A DNA stretch of 64,000 nucleotides from Bacillota bacterium (GTDB lineage Bacteria; Bacillota; Clostridia; Acetivibrionales; DTU013), in NCBI GenBank assembly GCA_023435925.1, contig JAEZLF010000288.1, forward strand, positions 13 through 64,012. The letters are read 5' to 3'. The notes under the pieces were generated by a model. That model had not been told where the DNA came from. It searched no databases and worked only from the letters and a program-made list of their open reading frames with translations. The position numbers were made by a program, and so were the translations under genes. Shown one piece after another: positions 7,801-18,400 of the stretch (positions are counted from its first letter, which is position 1; the number at the start of each line of letters is the position of its first letter).

Positions 7801-9678
7801 ATGGCGAAAAAGAATGATATTTATAAAACCAAAAAGTCAGTACAATTACCTAATAACGAAATCTATAAGATTATTCCCATACTACTGATTATTGGACTAG
7901 TACCCTTAATTCTTTATCTTAAGCCAGTAAACCTGCGCAATATTGAATTGCTATATGCAGGTAAACCGGAAAGCCGTGTTGATATATTTTCATATTATAA
8001 GATGGTATCACTATTATTGTTCACAGCAGCCGGGATTCTTGTTTATCTTGTTACTCGCAGGGATAATCCTCTCAGTATTCATAAGAAACCATATTATATT
8101 CCAATGGTAGTCTTTACATTATTGGTTCTTCTATCATCCGTAGCTTCAGAGCATAAGGACATTGCATTTTTTGGGTTCATGGAGCGTTACGAAGGCGCAT
8201 TAGTGCTTGCAGCTTATATGGCAATCTTATTTTTATCGATGAATATTGTGATAAACGAAAAAACTATAAGAGGTATCTTATTAATTATGTCGTGCTCAGC
8301 TTTTTTGATCCTTCTCATTGGTGCGCTTCAATTTTTTGGTTATGATCTTTTAAAAACAGATTTTGTGGGAAGTCTTATTGTTCCACCCAGCTTGTCTAAC
8401 GACGGAGGATCTTTTACATCAAATTTCGGTCCTAATGCAGTCTTTTCAACATTATACAATCCCAACTATATGGGAAGTTATACAGCAATACTGGTTCCAG
8501 TTATTATACTGTCTTTTTTATGGATTAAGAAAATCCCCTACAAATTGGCGATGGGGGGTCTATTGTGTCTAGCCTTGATCAACTGGGTCGGATGTGATTC
8601 ACGAGCAGGACTTTTTGGAGGATTGTTCTCCTTTGCTATAATCGTAATAATGCTGCGAAAGAAAGTTTGGAAGCATAAGAAAATTTTCTTAACTGCAATA
8701 ATCATTTCTTTAGTTGGCTTAATAGTGATTAATACAGCTACTAATGGAAACGTTGTAAATAGAATAGCACGCATGACCTCTTTGGAAAGCAAGGAAGAAG
8801 TGACTGAAAATAGGAAGGCCTTGGATAAGGCAATAACTGGATTGAGTGATATATCTATGAATAATGAAAAGATGATGGTAAAAACAGATCAAGGTACGTT
8901 GCAGATTATTATGACCGGAGGAGAGCTTATCACTCAAGATGAAAACAATAAGAACCTGGTATTTAGCTTTAATAATGGCATAGCCACTTTCTCGGATGAA
9001 CGGTTTGTGAATATTAAACTAAATATTAAAGCAGCAGATGGTTTGGTTGAAGTGTACTATAATGAGTACCACCTGATTGATATCGTATTAACAGAAAAAG
9101 GCCTGAAAAGCAGCTCTAACATGTGGATGAACTATAGAGGTGATGATGAGACTGTTGAGGTAGTGAAACTGCCGCTTAAAGAGTCTTTTGGGTCAAATAG
9201 AGGGTATATTTGGTCAAGGACGCTTCCTCTCCTAAAGAAAGCAGTTCTGCTTGGATATGGCCCTGATACCTTCCCAATATATTTCCCACAGTATGACTAT
9301 ATTGGAAAGCTCAGAAACTATGAAGTAGGTGGCATCTTTGTGGACAAGCCACACAATATGTATCTGCAGACAGCAGTTAATACTGGGGTTATATCATTGC
9401 TGGCATTGCTTGCAATATTCGGTATGTACTTTGTCTCCAGTATCAAAATATACTTTAAAGAAGAGTTCAAGACATTCTTTCCAGTTGCAGGACTTGCTTG
9501 CTTCGCGGCTTTCTGCGGGTATGCTGTGGCGGGTTTGTTCAATGATAGTGTCGTATCGGTGGCGCCTGTATTCTGGACGCTGCTGGGGCTGGGGATAGGG
9601 ATAAATGTAATGCTGATGGAAAAAACGAATACTGGTAATAAAACAGTACTAAAAAATAAAGCCCAAAAAACTATATAA
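7801..9678 (+). CDS. O-antigen ligase / Wzy_C-family polytopic membrane protein, paralogue 2
   Basis: Collinear with the preceding ORF: RYEGALVLAAYMAILF versus RYEGMYVLISYMIILF, GCDSRAGLFGG, DKPHNMYLQTAVNTG, and the shared insert motif F(S/E)DER(F/Y). Start taken at the ATG at 7801 (MAKKND); the ORF-track start at 7783 is an alternative. Confidence 0.7.
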   Translation: MAKKNDIYKTKKSVQLPNNEIYKIIPILLIIGLVPLILYLKPVNLRNIELLYAGKPESRVDIFSYYKMVSLLLFTAAGILVYLVTRRDNPLSIHKKPYYIPMVVFTLLVLLSSVASEHKDIAFFGFMERYEGALVLAAYMAILFLSMNIVINEKTIRGILLIMSCSAFLILLIGALQFFGYDLLKTDFVGSLIVPPSLSNDGGSFTSNFGPNAVFSTLYNPNYMGSYTAILVPVIILSFLWIKKIPYKLAMGGLLCLALINWVGCDSRAGLFGGLFSFAIIVIMLRKKVWKHKKIFLTAIIISLVGLIVINTATNGNVVNRIARMTSLESKEEVTENRKALDKAITGLSDISMNNEKMMVKTDQGTLQIIMTGGELITQDENNKNLVFSFNNGIATFSDERFVNIKLNIKAADGLVEVYYNEYHLIDIVLTEKGLKSSSNMWMNYRGDDETVEVVKLPLKESFGSNRGYIWSRTLPLLKKAVLLGYGPDTFPIYFPQYDYIGKLRNYEVGGIFVDKPHNMYLQTAVNTGVISLLALLAIFGMYFVSSIKIYFKEEFKTFFPVAGLACFAAFCGYAVAGLFNDSVVSVAPVFWTLLGLGIGINVMLMEKTNTGNKTVLKNKAQKTI

Positions 9679-9714
9679 TTAAGTACCAACAAAACTATAG
9701 TGAGGAAAGTTCAA

Positions 9715-10575
9715 GTGAATATTTTACTAACAGGTTCAAAGGGACAATTGGGATTAGAAGTAGCGAGGCAGCTGAAAAATAGAAGGAACACAAATCTTTT
9801 TCTTACAGATGTTGCAGAGCTTGATATATCTGACATAGATTCCACTGTTAAAGCAGTCAGAGATATACAACCTTCTGTTATTATTAATTGTGCAGCATAC
9901 ACTGCTGTTGATAACTGTGAAACCAATATAGACACAGCTTACAGAATTAATACAATTGGGCCTAGAAATCTGGCTATTGCATCATTAGAATTGAATGCCA
10001 GGCTGATACACATTTCTACTGACTACGTTTTTGATGGAGAAGGACTTACAGATCAACAAGGCAATATCAGGCCATACAATGAATTTGATGTACCAAACCC
10101 TCAGACTGTATATGGTAAGACGAAATATGAAGGGGAGCGATTTGTACAAAAAACGACTCCTTTTCATTATATATTGAGAACTGCATGGCTTTACGGTGAG
10201 GGCAATAATTTTGTCAGGACGATGCTAAAACTGTCAAAGGAAAGAGATATTATACATGTAGTCAACGATCAACACGGATCGCCAACAAGTACCCATGAAC
10301 TTGCCAAGGCAATAATAATGCTGATGGATACTGATAATTATGGTCTATTTCATACTACGTGTGAAGGTCAGTGTACATGGTACGAATTTACAAAAGAAAT
10401 ATTCAGACTGGCAAGGATTGGGACAGAGGTTGTACCTATTACCAGCGAAGAGTTCCAAAGGCCTGCAAAGAGGCCGAAGTTCTCCGTTCTCGACAATTAT
10501 ATGCTGCGATTGACAACTGACCATATGTTTAGTCATTGGAAGGATGAAATTGAGCGTTACCTAAACAGGATATGA
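9715..10575 (+). CDS. rmlD: dTDP-4-dehydrorhamnose reductase
   Basis: [10 protein letters not shown] Rossmann motif, [19 protein letters not shown] (YxxxK). GTG at 9715 follows GAGGAAAG; GTG at 9700 is an alternative start. Confidence 0.9.
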   Translation: MNILLTGSKGQLGLEVARQLKNRRNTNLFLTDVAELDISDIDSTVKAVRDIQPSVIINCAAYTAVDNCETNIDTAYRINTIGPRNLAIASLELNARLIHISTDYVFDGEGLTDQQGNIRPYNEFDVPNPQTVYGKTKYEGERFVQKTTPFHYILRTAWLYGEGNNFVRTMLKLSKERDIIHVVNDQHGSPTSTHELAKAIIMLMDTDNYGLFHTTCEGQCTWYEFTKEIFRLARIGTEVVPITSEEFQRPAKRPKFSVLDNYMLRLTTDHMFSHWKDEIERYLNRI

Positions 10576-10586
10576 GGAGGCGACAT

Positions 10587-11456
10587 ATGAAAGGAATAAT
10601 TCTATCAGGCGGTGCAGGTACAAGATTGTATCCTGTTACAAAATCCATATCCAAGCAGATCATTCCGGTATATGACAAGCCAATGATTTACTATCCAATG
10701 TCAGTGCTATTATTAGCTGGAATACGCGAAATTCTGATTATTTCGACTCCCAGGGACATAGGACTCTATGAGGAATTATTTGAAGATGGTTCTCAGCTGG
10801 GTATAAAAATTAGTTACGCTATACAAGAAACTCCCAGGGGCCTTGCAGATGCCTTTATCGTGGGAGAAAGCTTTATAGGTGAAGATAACATCTGTTTAAT
10901 ACTAGGAGACAACATCTTTTACGGACAAGGTTTCTCCGGTATGCTTAAAGAAATCGTAAAGAAAGAGTCAGGAGCAACAATTTTTGGTTACTATGTTCAA
11001 AATCCTCAGGCTTATGGTGTTGTAGAGTTTGATGATAATGGAATGGCGGTATCTATTGAAGAAAAGCCTCAAATACCTAAATCCCATTATGCTGTTCCCG
11101 GGTTATATTTTTATGATAATGAGGTAATAGAAATTGCGAAAAACATAAAGCCATCATCGCGTGGTGAGATTGAAATAACGGCTGTCAACAATGAATACCT
11201 AAAAAGAGGCAATCTTAAGGTAGAGTTGTTTGGGCGCGGTATGGCCTGGCTTGACACAGGAACTCATGATTCATTACTCGCTGCAAGTAACTTCGTTGAA
11301 GCGATACAAAAAAGACAAGGCTTGTATATAGCATGCCTTGAAGAAATCGCATACAAAAGAGGCTATATTTCAAAGGATCAGCTGCTTGAGCAAGCAAAAC
11401 AGCTTGGCAATACAGATTATGGAAGATATCTGTTGGATATAGCCCATGGATTTTAG
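10587..11456 (+). CDS. rmlA: Glucose-1-phosphate thymidylyltransferase
   Basis: [18 protein letters not shown] signature. AGGAGG (10574-10579) lies 7 nt upstream of the ATG at 10587. Confidence 0.95.
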   Translation: MKGIILSGGAGTRLYPVTKSISKQIIPVYDKPMIYYPMSVLLLAGIREILIISTPRDIGLYEELFEDGSQLGIKISYAIQETPRGLADAFIVGESFIGEDNICLILGDNIFYGQGFSGMLKEIVKKESGATIFGYYVQNPQAYGVVEFDDNGMAVSIEEKPQIPKSHYAVPGLYFYDNEVIEIAKNIKPSSRGEIEITAVNNEYLKRGNLKVELFGRGMAWLDTGTHDSLLAASNFVEAIQKRQGLYIACLEEIAYKRGYISKDQLLEQAKQLGNTDYGRYLLDIAHGF

Positions 11457-11520
11457 ATAAAGTGTTTAGGTTTAAAGATTAACGTTGAGAAAAGATTATG
11501 TATCGAAGGGAGTCTAAACA

Positions 11521-12084
11521 GTGGGCCAATTTATTTTTGAAAAGACGTTCATAGATGGATTAACAGTAATCGAGCCTAAAGTTTTTGGCGATCATCGCGG
11601 ATATTTCATGGAAACATATAATGAAAAGGACTTTACTGAAGGAGGACTTCAGATGAAGTTTGTACAGGATAATCAATCTTCGTCATTAAAAGGAGTATTA
11701 AGAGGATTGCATTTTCAGTACAATTTTCCACAAGGAAAGCTTGTAAGAGTACTTAAAGGAGAGGTTTTTGACGTTGCCGTCGATTTAAGGAAAATGTCAT
11801 CTACATACGGCAAATGGTATGGTATAATTTTATCTGAAGAGAATAAAAAGATGCTGTATGTTCCTGAAGGATTTGCACACGGTTTTCTGGTTTTATCGGA
11901 TGCTGCAGAGTTTTTATATAAGTGTACTGATTTTTATCATCCCGAGGATGAGGGCGGAATTATTTGGAGCGATCCTGATATAGGAATCATATGGCCTTTG
12001 AGCGCGATTGATGAGGTAAAGCTATCCAGTAAGGATCAGAACAATGAAAGGTTTATTGATGTAAAAGATATACTTAAGTTTTAG
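11521..12084 (+). CDS. rmlC: dTDP-4-dehydrorhamnose 3,5-epimerase
   Basis: HRGYFMETYN and VLRGLHFQ motifs; about 187 aa, typical of RmlC. Confidence 0.95.
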   Translation: MGQFIFEKTFIDGLTVIEPKVFGDHRGYFMETYNEKDFTEGGLQMKFVQDNQSSSLKGVLRGLHFQYNFPQGKLVRVLKGEVFDVAVDLRKMSSTYGKWYGIILSEENKKMLYVPEGFAHGFLVLSDAAEFLYKCTDFYHPEDEGGIIWSDPDIGIIWPLSAIDEVKLSSKDQNNERFIDVKDILKF

Positions 12085-12102
12085 TATCCGGAGGGGGAGA
12101 AT

Positions 12103-13125
12103 ATGACTGAGATGTTAGTAACCGGCGGCGCTGGGTTTATTGGCAGCAATTTTATCAGATATATGCTCGACAAATACTCAGAGTACAGAATTGTGAATCT
12201 TGATAAACTGACTTATGCCGGTAATCTCAATAATTTGTGCGGAGTGTGTGAAGAGAGGCATTTGTTTGTAAAAGGTGATATATGTGACAGAAGACTGGTG
12301 AATGACCTTTTTGAGACTTACCGGTTTCAATATATAGTAAACTTTGCTGCTGAATCTCATGTAGACAGAAGTATTGAAGATCCGGAGACATTTTTGAGAA
12401 CGAATATTCTTGGAACTCAGGTGTTGCTGGATGCATGCAGAAAATACCATGAAAAGCAAATCAAGCACAAATTTCTTCAGGTCTCTACAGATGAGGTATA
12501 TGGTTCGCTCGGAGCGGAGGGCTATTTTACTGAAGAGACTCCTTTGTCACCCAATAGTCCGTACTCTGCCAGTAAGGCAGCAGCAGATATGATCGTCAGG
12601 GCTTATAAGGAAACCTTTGGACTTAATGTTAATATTACCAGATGCTCAAACAATTATGGGCCTTACCAGTTCCCTGAAAAGCTGATACCTTTAATGATCT
12701 ACAATGCTTTGGAAGAAAAGGAACTTCCTGTTTACGGTGATGGAATGAATATTAGGGATTGGCTTTATGTTGAGGATCATTGCAGAGCAATTGATGTGGT
12801 ACTGCATCAGGGGAAACCAGGAGAGGTCTATAATGTTGGCGGGAGTAGTGAAAAGACGAATATTGAAATAGTAAAGCTGATATTAAAGGAGCTCGGTAAG
12901 CCTGAGCAGTTAATTAAATATGTGAAGGACAGGCCGGGTCATGACAAAAGGTATGCAATAGATGCAAGTAAAATAAAGGCGGAATTAGGCTGGGAGCCAG
13001 CATCCAGGTTTAATGAGGGTATTGTAAGGACTTTAAAGTGGTACTTAGAGAATAAGGACTGGTTTACAAATGTATTATCGGGGACTTATATGGAGTATTA
13101 CGATAGAATGTATAAGGAAAGGTAA
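12103..13125 (+). CDS. rmlB: dTDP-glucose 4,6-dehydratase
   Basis: VTGGAGFIGSNF, YSASKAAAD (YxxxK) and the conserved DRPGHDKRYAID block. Confidence 0.95.
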   Translation: MTEMLVTGGAGFIGSNFIRYMLDKYSEYRIVNLDKLTYAGNLNNLCGVCEERHLFVKGDICDRRLVNDLFETYRFQYIVNFAAESHVDRSIEDPETFLRTNILGTQVLLDACRKYHEKQIKHKFLQVSTDEVYGSLGAEGYFTEETPLSPNSPYSASKAAADMIVRAYKETFGLNVNITRCSNNYGPYQFPEKLIPLMIYNALEEKELPVYGDGMNIRDWLYVEDHCRAIDVVLHQGKPGEVYNVGGSSEKTNIEIVKLILKELGKPEQLIKYVKDRPGHDKRYAIDASKIKAELGWEPASRFNEGIVRTLKWYLENKDWFTNVLSGTYMEYYDRMYKER

Positions 13126-13132
13126 TACGTAA

Positions 13133-14110
13133 ATGTCAGCACTGGCAAAGACTTATAAGAAATTGTTCATAATAATGGCTTTAGCGGCAGTCTTTATACT
13201 CTGTTATAAAGCGCCTTGGAACAGCTTCTTTGAAGCTACGCCAACTATTTGGGATATCATCGGGCTAATCATACTACTATTATGCTCATTCTTTCTTATG
13301 CTTTTGTTTTATAAGAGAGTATTTTTCTTTATTAAGGATATATACCAGGGAAGAAGACTAATTATTGAACTGGCGAAAAATGACTTAAAGAATCGGTTTT
13401 TAGGATCATACCTTGGTATTGTTTGGGCGTTTGTTCAGCCGATCGTAACGATCCTGATTTTTTGGTTTGTATTTCAGGTGGGCTTTAAGTCGGCCCCTGT
13501 TGAGGACTTCCCTTTCATATTGTGGTTGATATGCGGGATGATCCCCTGGAACTTTTTTTCCGAAAGTCTGCTGGGATCAACCACGTCAATACTGGATAAT
13601 AGCTATTTAGTAAAAAAGATAGTGTTCAGGGTAAATGTTCTGCCTATGGTAAGAATATTATCGTCATTATTTATCCACTTGTTTTTTATTGCTGTTATTT
13701 TTATCATGTTTTTGGTATACGGCTACAAACCCAGTATTTACAATCTACAGGTGATTTATTATCTGTTGGCTTTAATTGTTTTTATATTAGGGCTATCGTG
13801 GATTACATCCTCGCTAGTTATATTCTTCAGAGATTTAGGTCAGATTATAGGAATTATTATACAATTTGGATTTTGGCTAACTCCAATTTTTTGGTCATTC
13901 AATATTATGCCTGAAAAGTACCACTTTATTTTCAAGCTGAATCCGATGTATTACATTGTTGAAGGTTATCGAGATAGCTTCATCAATCACGTTTGGTTTT
14001 GGCACCATTACAATTTAACAATCAATTTTTGGATGATTACCTGTGGAGTTTTAATTGTAGGAATATTGCTTTTCAAAAAATTGAGACCTCATTTTGCTGA
14101 TATGTTATAG
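13133..14110 (+). CDS. wzm: ABC-2 type polysaccharide export permease (Wzm/TagG family)
   Basis: ELAKNDLKNRFLGSYLGIVWAFVQP entry motif followed by six hydrophobic segments. About 55 extra N-terminal residues carry two more hydrophobic stretches; an internal ATG near 13298 would give a canonical length. Confidence 0.85.
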   Translation: MSALAKTYKKLFIIMALAAVFILCYKAPWNSFFEATPTIWDIIGLIILLLCSFFLMLLFYKRVFFFIKDIYQGRRLIIELAKNDLKNRFLGSYLGIVWAFVQPIVTILIFWFVFQVGFKSAPVEDFPFILWLICGMIPWNFFSESLLGSTTSILDNSYLVKKIVFRVNVLPMVRILSSLFIHLFFIAVIFIMFLVYGYKPSIYNLQVIYYLLALIVFILGLSWITSSLVIFFRDLGQIIGIIIQFGFWLTPIFWSFNIMPEKYHFIFKLNPMYYIVEGYRDSFINHVWFWHHYNLTINFWMITCGVLIVGILLFKKLRPHFADML

Positions 14111-14127
14111 GAAGTGAGACAGATATA

Positions 14128-15408
14128 ATGAACGATGTTGCTATAAAAGTTGAGAATGTATCAAAAGTATATAAGCTATATGATAAGCCACTGGACAGGT
14201 TAAAGGAATCATTAAATCCTCTGCGCAGGAGTTATCATAGAGATTTCTATGCATTGAAGGATATCAGCTTTGTGATTAAAAAGGGTGAAACGGTTGGAAT
14301 CATTGGGAAAAATGGCTCCGGCAAATCAACATTGCTGAAAATTATTACTGGTGTGCTTACACAGTCAGAGGGAAGTGTGCAGGTCAATGGAAAAGTTTCT
14401 GCGCTCTTAGAATTAGGAGCAGGCTTTAACCCCGAGCTAACCGGAATTGAAAATATTTATCTTAATGGGACGATCATGGGGTATACGAAAGAAGAGATGG
14501 ATTCCAGGGTGGACGATATTTTAGCGTTTGCAGATATCGGCGATTTTGTCTATCAACCGGTAAAGACTTATTCAAGCGGTATGTTTGTAAGATTGGCATT
14601 TGCCGTAGCTATTAGTGTCGAGCCGGAGATATTTATAGTGGATGAAGCATTAGCTGTAGGCGATATCAGGTTTCAACAAAAGTGCTTGAGGAAAATTGAA
14701 GAGTTTAAGAAAAGTAAAACAGTAATCTTTGTCTCACATTCCCTCGCAGACATAAACCGGTTGTGCGAGACAGTGATATGGATAGATCAAGGGCATGTAG
14801 TGAAAACAGGAGAACCGTATGAGATATCGAAAGAATATCAGGCCTTCATGACAAATGCGGATTTTCACAAGGAATGTAATCTAAAGGTGGCTGAAAAAAC
14901 TGCCGCCGTAGAGGATACCAACCTGGGAATAGAACTGGATGAGATAGATAAAAGCATTGATGTAATAGGAGACTTAAAAGCACAAATTACTGGAGTGAAT
15001 ATTTTTGATTATGCTTTGAAACAAAAAATTAATTTAGTAAAAACCGGTCAAAGGGTAAAGGTTTTAGTAAAGGTTAGATATAATGAGTTTATTGAGAACC
15101 CAATAATCGGTATTACCATTAAAGATAATAGAGGGAGCATTATTACTGAAGTTAACAATTATGTTCTTGATAGATTTATTGATGTTGCAAAAAAGAATTA
15201 TGATTGTATATACAGTTTTGAATTTTTCTTTCCTAACCTATACAGCGGAGAATATACATTATCAGCAGCGATAGGTTCCGGTACGCAAATGGATCATAAG
15301 CAGCACTGTTATACTCACGATGTGTTAGTATTTAGTGTAATTAGTGAATGCCCATATATACTCCAAGGCAGTATATACATGGAGCCAGTAAACTTTGATG
15401 TACTCTAA
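14128..15408 (+). CDS. wzt: Polysaccharide export ABC ATPase with a C-terminal extension (Wzt type)
   Basis: Walker A GKNGSGKST, signature YSSGMFVRLAF, Walker B IFIVDEAL. About 170 extra C-terminal residues sit where Wzt proteins carry the glycan-cap-binding domain. Confidence 0.9.
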   Translation: MNDVAIKVENVSKVYKLYDKPLDRLKESLNPLRRSYHRDFYALKDISFVIKKGETVGIIGKNGSGKSTLLKIITGVLTQSEGSVQVNGKVSALLELGAGFNPELTGIENIYLNGTIMGYTKEEMDSRVDDILAFADIGDFVYQPVKTYSSGMFVRLAFAVAISVEPEIFIVDEALAVGDIRFQQKCLRKIEEFKKSKTVIFVSHSLADINRLCETVIWIDQGHVVKTGEPYEISKEYQAFMTNADFHKECNLKVAEKTAAVEDTNLGIELDEIDKSIDVIGDLKAQITGVNIFDYALKQKINLVKTGQRVKVLVKVRYNEFIENPIIGITIKDNRGSIITEVNNYVLDRFIDVAKKNYDCIYSFEFFFPNLYSGEYTLSAAIGSGTQMDHKQHCYTHDVLVFSVISECPYILQGSIYMEPVNFDVL

Positions 15409-15435
15409 AGTAAAAAAGCGAATGGAGGAGGAAGC

Positions 15436-18400
15436 GTGGTTGTAACTAATGAAAAATGTTATATTTGCGGCGCAAGAACAGATTTCAATATAGTTAGTGA
15501 GGCTACATTGTTAAGAGAAGCTCAATGTGCTGTTTGTAGTGCAAGTTTACGGAACTCTGATGTAGCAAAATATATTGTAAAGGCCTTATTAAATCTAGAT
15601 TTATCTTTGAAAGAATGCATTGATGATTTGACGAAATTTAAAATATTGGAAGCGGCCTCCTCTGGACCAATCCATGATATGATCAAGGATCTACCATTCT
15701 ACACATGCTTTGAATACTATGATGGTATAAAACCTGGTGAGTATATAAACGGAGTCTTATGTAATGATCTCCAAAACCTTACTTTTAATAGTGAATGTTT
15801 TGATCTAATAATAACACAAGATGTTATGGAGCATGTGAAAAATCCAGAAAAAGCGATTAAAGAGATTCAACGGGTACTCAAAAATGGTGGAGTTCATATA
15901 TTTAGTGTACCTTTACATGACTACAAGAAAACTACTTCAAGGAAGGATTTAAAGCCAGTTTTTCATGGCGATCCGCTAAGAGATGGCATTCAGGTGGAGA
16001 CAGATTGGGGTCTGGACATATGTGAAATAATTGATAGATATGGAATGAAGACAGTTCAATATAATCAGCATACTTTTTATGAATCTGATGAGTTAACAAA
16101 TGTAGATATTGAATATGACAAATATATGAATAGTGAGCACATAAACTTTTTTAAATACAATTCAGTGGTTTTTGTTTCTCAGAAAAAGCAAGAGGGTGAT
16201 ATGGTGAAATTTACAGGAGAAAGATATATCCCGGGAAAATCCGACAGCTTGGAAATGGATATAGAACACTTACAGAGATATTACACATTAGGAGATATAG
16301 TTAAAGGTAAGGTTATTGTAGATGCAGCCTGTGGTGAAGGATACGGGTCTATGTATCTAGCGAATAGAGCATCAAAGGTTATTGGAATTGATATATCTGA
16401 AGAAACCATTAATACTGCTAAAAAAATATATAAGAGAGATAATTTAGATTATCTTTGTGCATCTATAGATAACATTCCAATTGAAGATAAATCTGTTGAC
16501 ATAATAATTTCATATGAAACGATTGAGCATGTCGATAGTAAAACTCAGCATGGGTTTATGAGTGAAATAAAAAGAATACTTAAGGATGATGGGCTTTTGA
16601 TAATATCAACCCCGAATAAGGAAGTATATTCGGATCTTTTTAACTATAAAAATCCCCATCATGTTAAAGAGTTTAATACAAGTGACTTTCGCTTTTTTTT
16701 AAAAAGCTACTTCGAACATGTTAAAATGTATTACCAGAGGTTTGAAGTGGCTTCCCTGATAAACTCAGGTGAAGAGAGCTATATTAAGGTTGTTAATAGA
16801 GATGTAACACCAATTCATAATAGTAAATATCTGATTGCTGTATGTAGTAATTTTGATATTAGCATTTCGATGAGTTCTATAGTGTACGAGAAAGATAGAA
16901 AGTACATCAAATTGATTCAAAGGATTATAGAAACTCAGAATGAAATCGAAAAACTGGGGGCATGGGGAAAGCAGTTGGATGAAGAAATTAGGAAGAGAGA
17001 TGAATTAATAGGATCACAGAATACAAGGATAGAAGAACTCTCAGTATGGGGGAAAATGCTGGATGAAGAGGTCATCAATAAGAATGATATCCTCGCATCC
17101 CAGAATGCAAAAATTGAAGAATTATCTTTAAAGGCAGAGGCTCTGGAGAATGAAAATACTACATTAAATAAGTTAATTAAATCCATAGAGACGACCTCTG
17201 AGCACATTTTAGATGATCAGGAAGAACGCATGCAGTCTCTGCTGGAAAAAGAAAAGGAACTGGATAATATTTATCGATCCAGAGGGTGGAGATATCTATT
17301 AAAGGCATATAAACTTGAGGATAAGATAATACCCCTTCATAGTAAGCAGAGAGAAGTATTAAAAGCTCCTTACTTTATGCTGAAGAACCTGAAGCTTATC
17401 GTAAAGCACACTAACAGGGAGAACTTGAAGAAGTTTTATTCTTATGCAAAGAAGGAGAGTCCAACACAGGTTTTACAGCACATAAAAAGTTATCTCAACC
17501 GATACAAACCTATTGCAAAAATGGAGCTGCAGATTTATGATGCAACCGATAAATACGAAAAGCTCAGTTTTGTATATTCAAGTCATCCGCTTGTTTCAAT
17601 TATTATTCCTGTTTATAATCAATGGAAGTACACCTATTCTTGTCTTTGCTCCATCCTGCAAAACACAGCAGGCATAGAGTATGAGATTATCATTGCTGAC
17701 GACGGGTCCACGGATGAAACAAGTCATATTGAAGATTATGCTGAAAATGTTATTGCTATCAGGAATACCAAAAACCTTGGTTTTCTGCTGAACTGTAATC
17801 ATGCAGCAAAGCAGGCCAGGGGCAAATATATTATGTTTTTAAACAATGACACCAATGTTCAGAAAGACTGGCTGAGGTATCTGGTTGAATTAATTGAAAA
17901 GGACAGCAAAATTGGCATGGTAGGTTCAAAGCTGGTTTATGCAGACGGAAGACTTCAGGAAGCAGGGGGTATTATCTGGAAGGATGCCAGCGGATGGAAC
18001 TATGGACGGCTGGATGATCCTGAAAAGCCTGAATACAACTATGTAAAGGAAGTCGACTATATATCAGGTGCAAGCATTATGATACGAGCAGACCTCTGGT
18101 ACAAGATAGGAGGGTTTGATGAAAGATTTGCTCCAGCATATTGTGAAGACAGTGACTTGGCATTTGAGGTCAGAAAGCATGGATATAAGGTTATGTTCCA
18201 GCCGAAGTCGGTTGTTGTACACTTTGAAGGTATATCTCATGGAACAGATACAGGTACAGGTATTAAGAGTTATCAAGTAAAGAATAGAGAAAGGTTCCTC
18301 GATAAATGGGAAGAAACCTTAAAAACAGGACAATTCGATAATGGGCAGAATGTATTTTTAGCAAGAGATCGAAGCAGAAATAAAAAATCTATACTGGTAA

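Noticed and set aside
13133-13300. N-terminal extension of about 55 aa on Wzm as a novel domain
   Set aside because: It may simply reflect start-codon choice. An internal ATG near 13298 gives a canonical Wzm of about 270 aa, and I cannot decide between the two from sequence alone.
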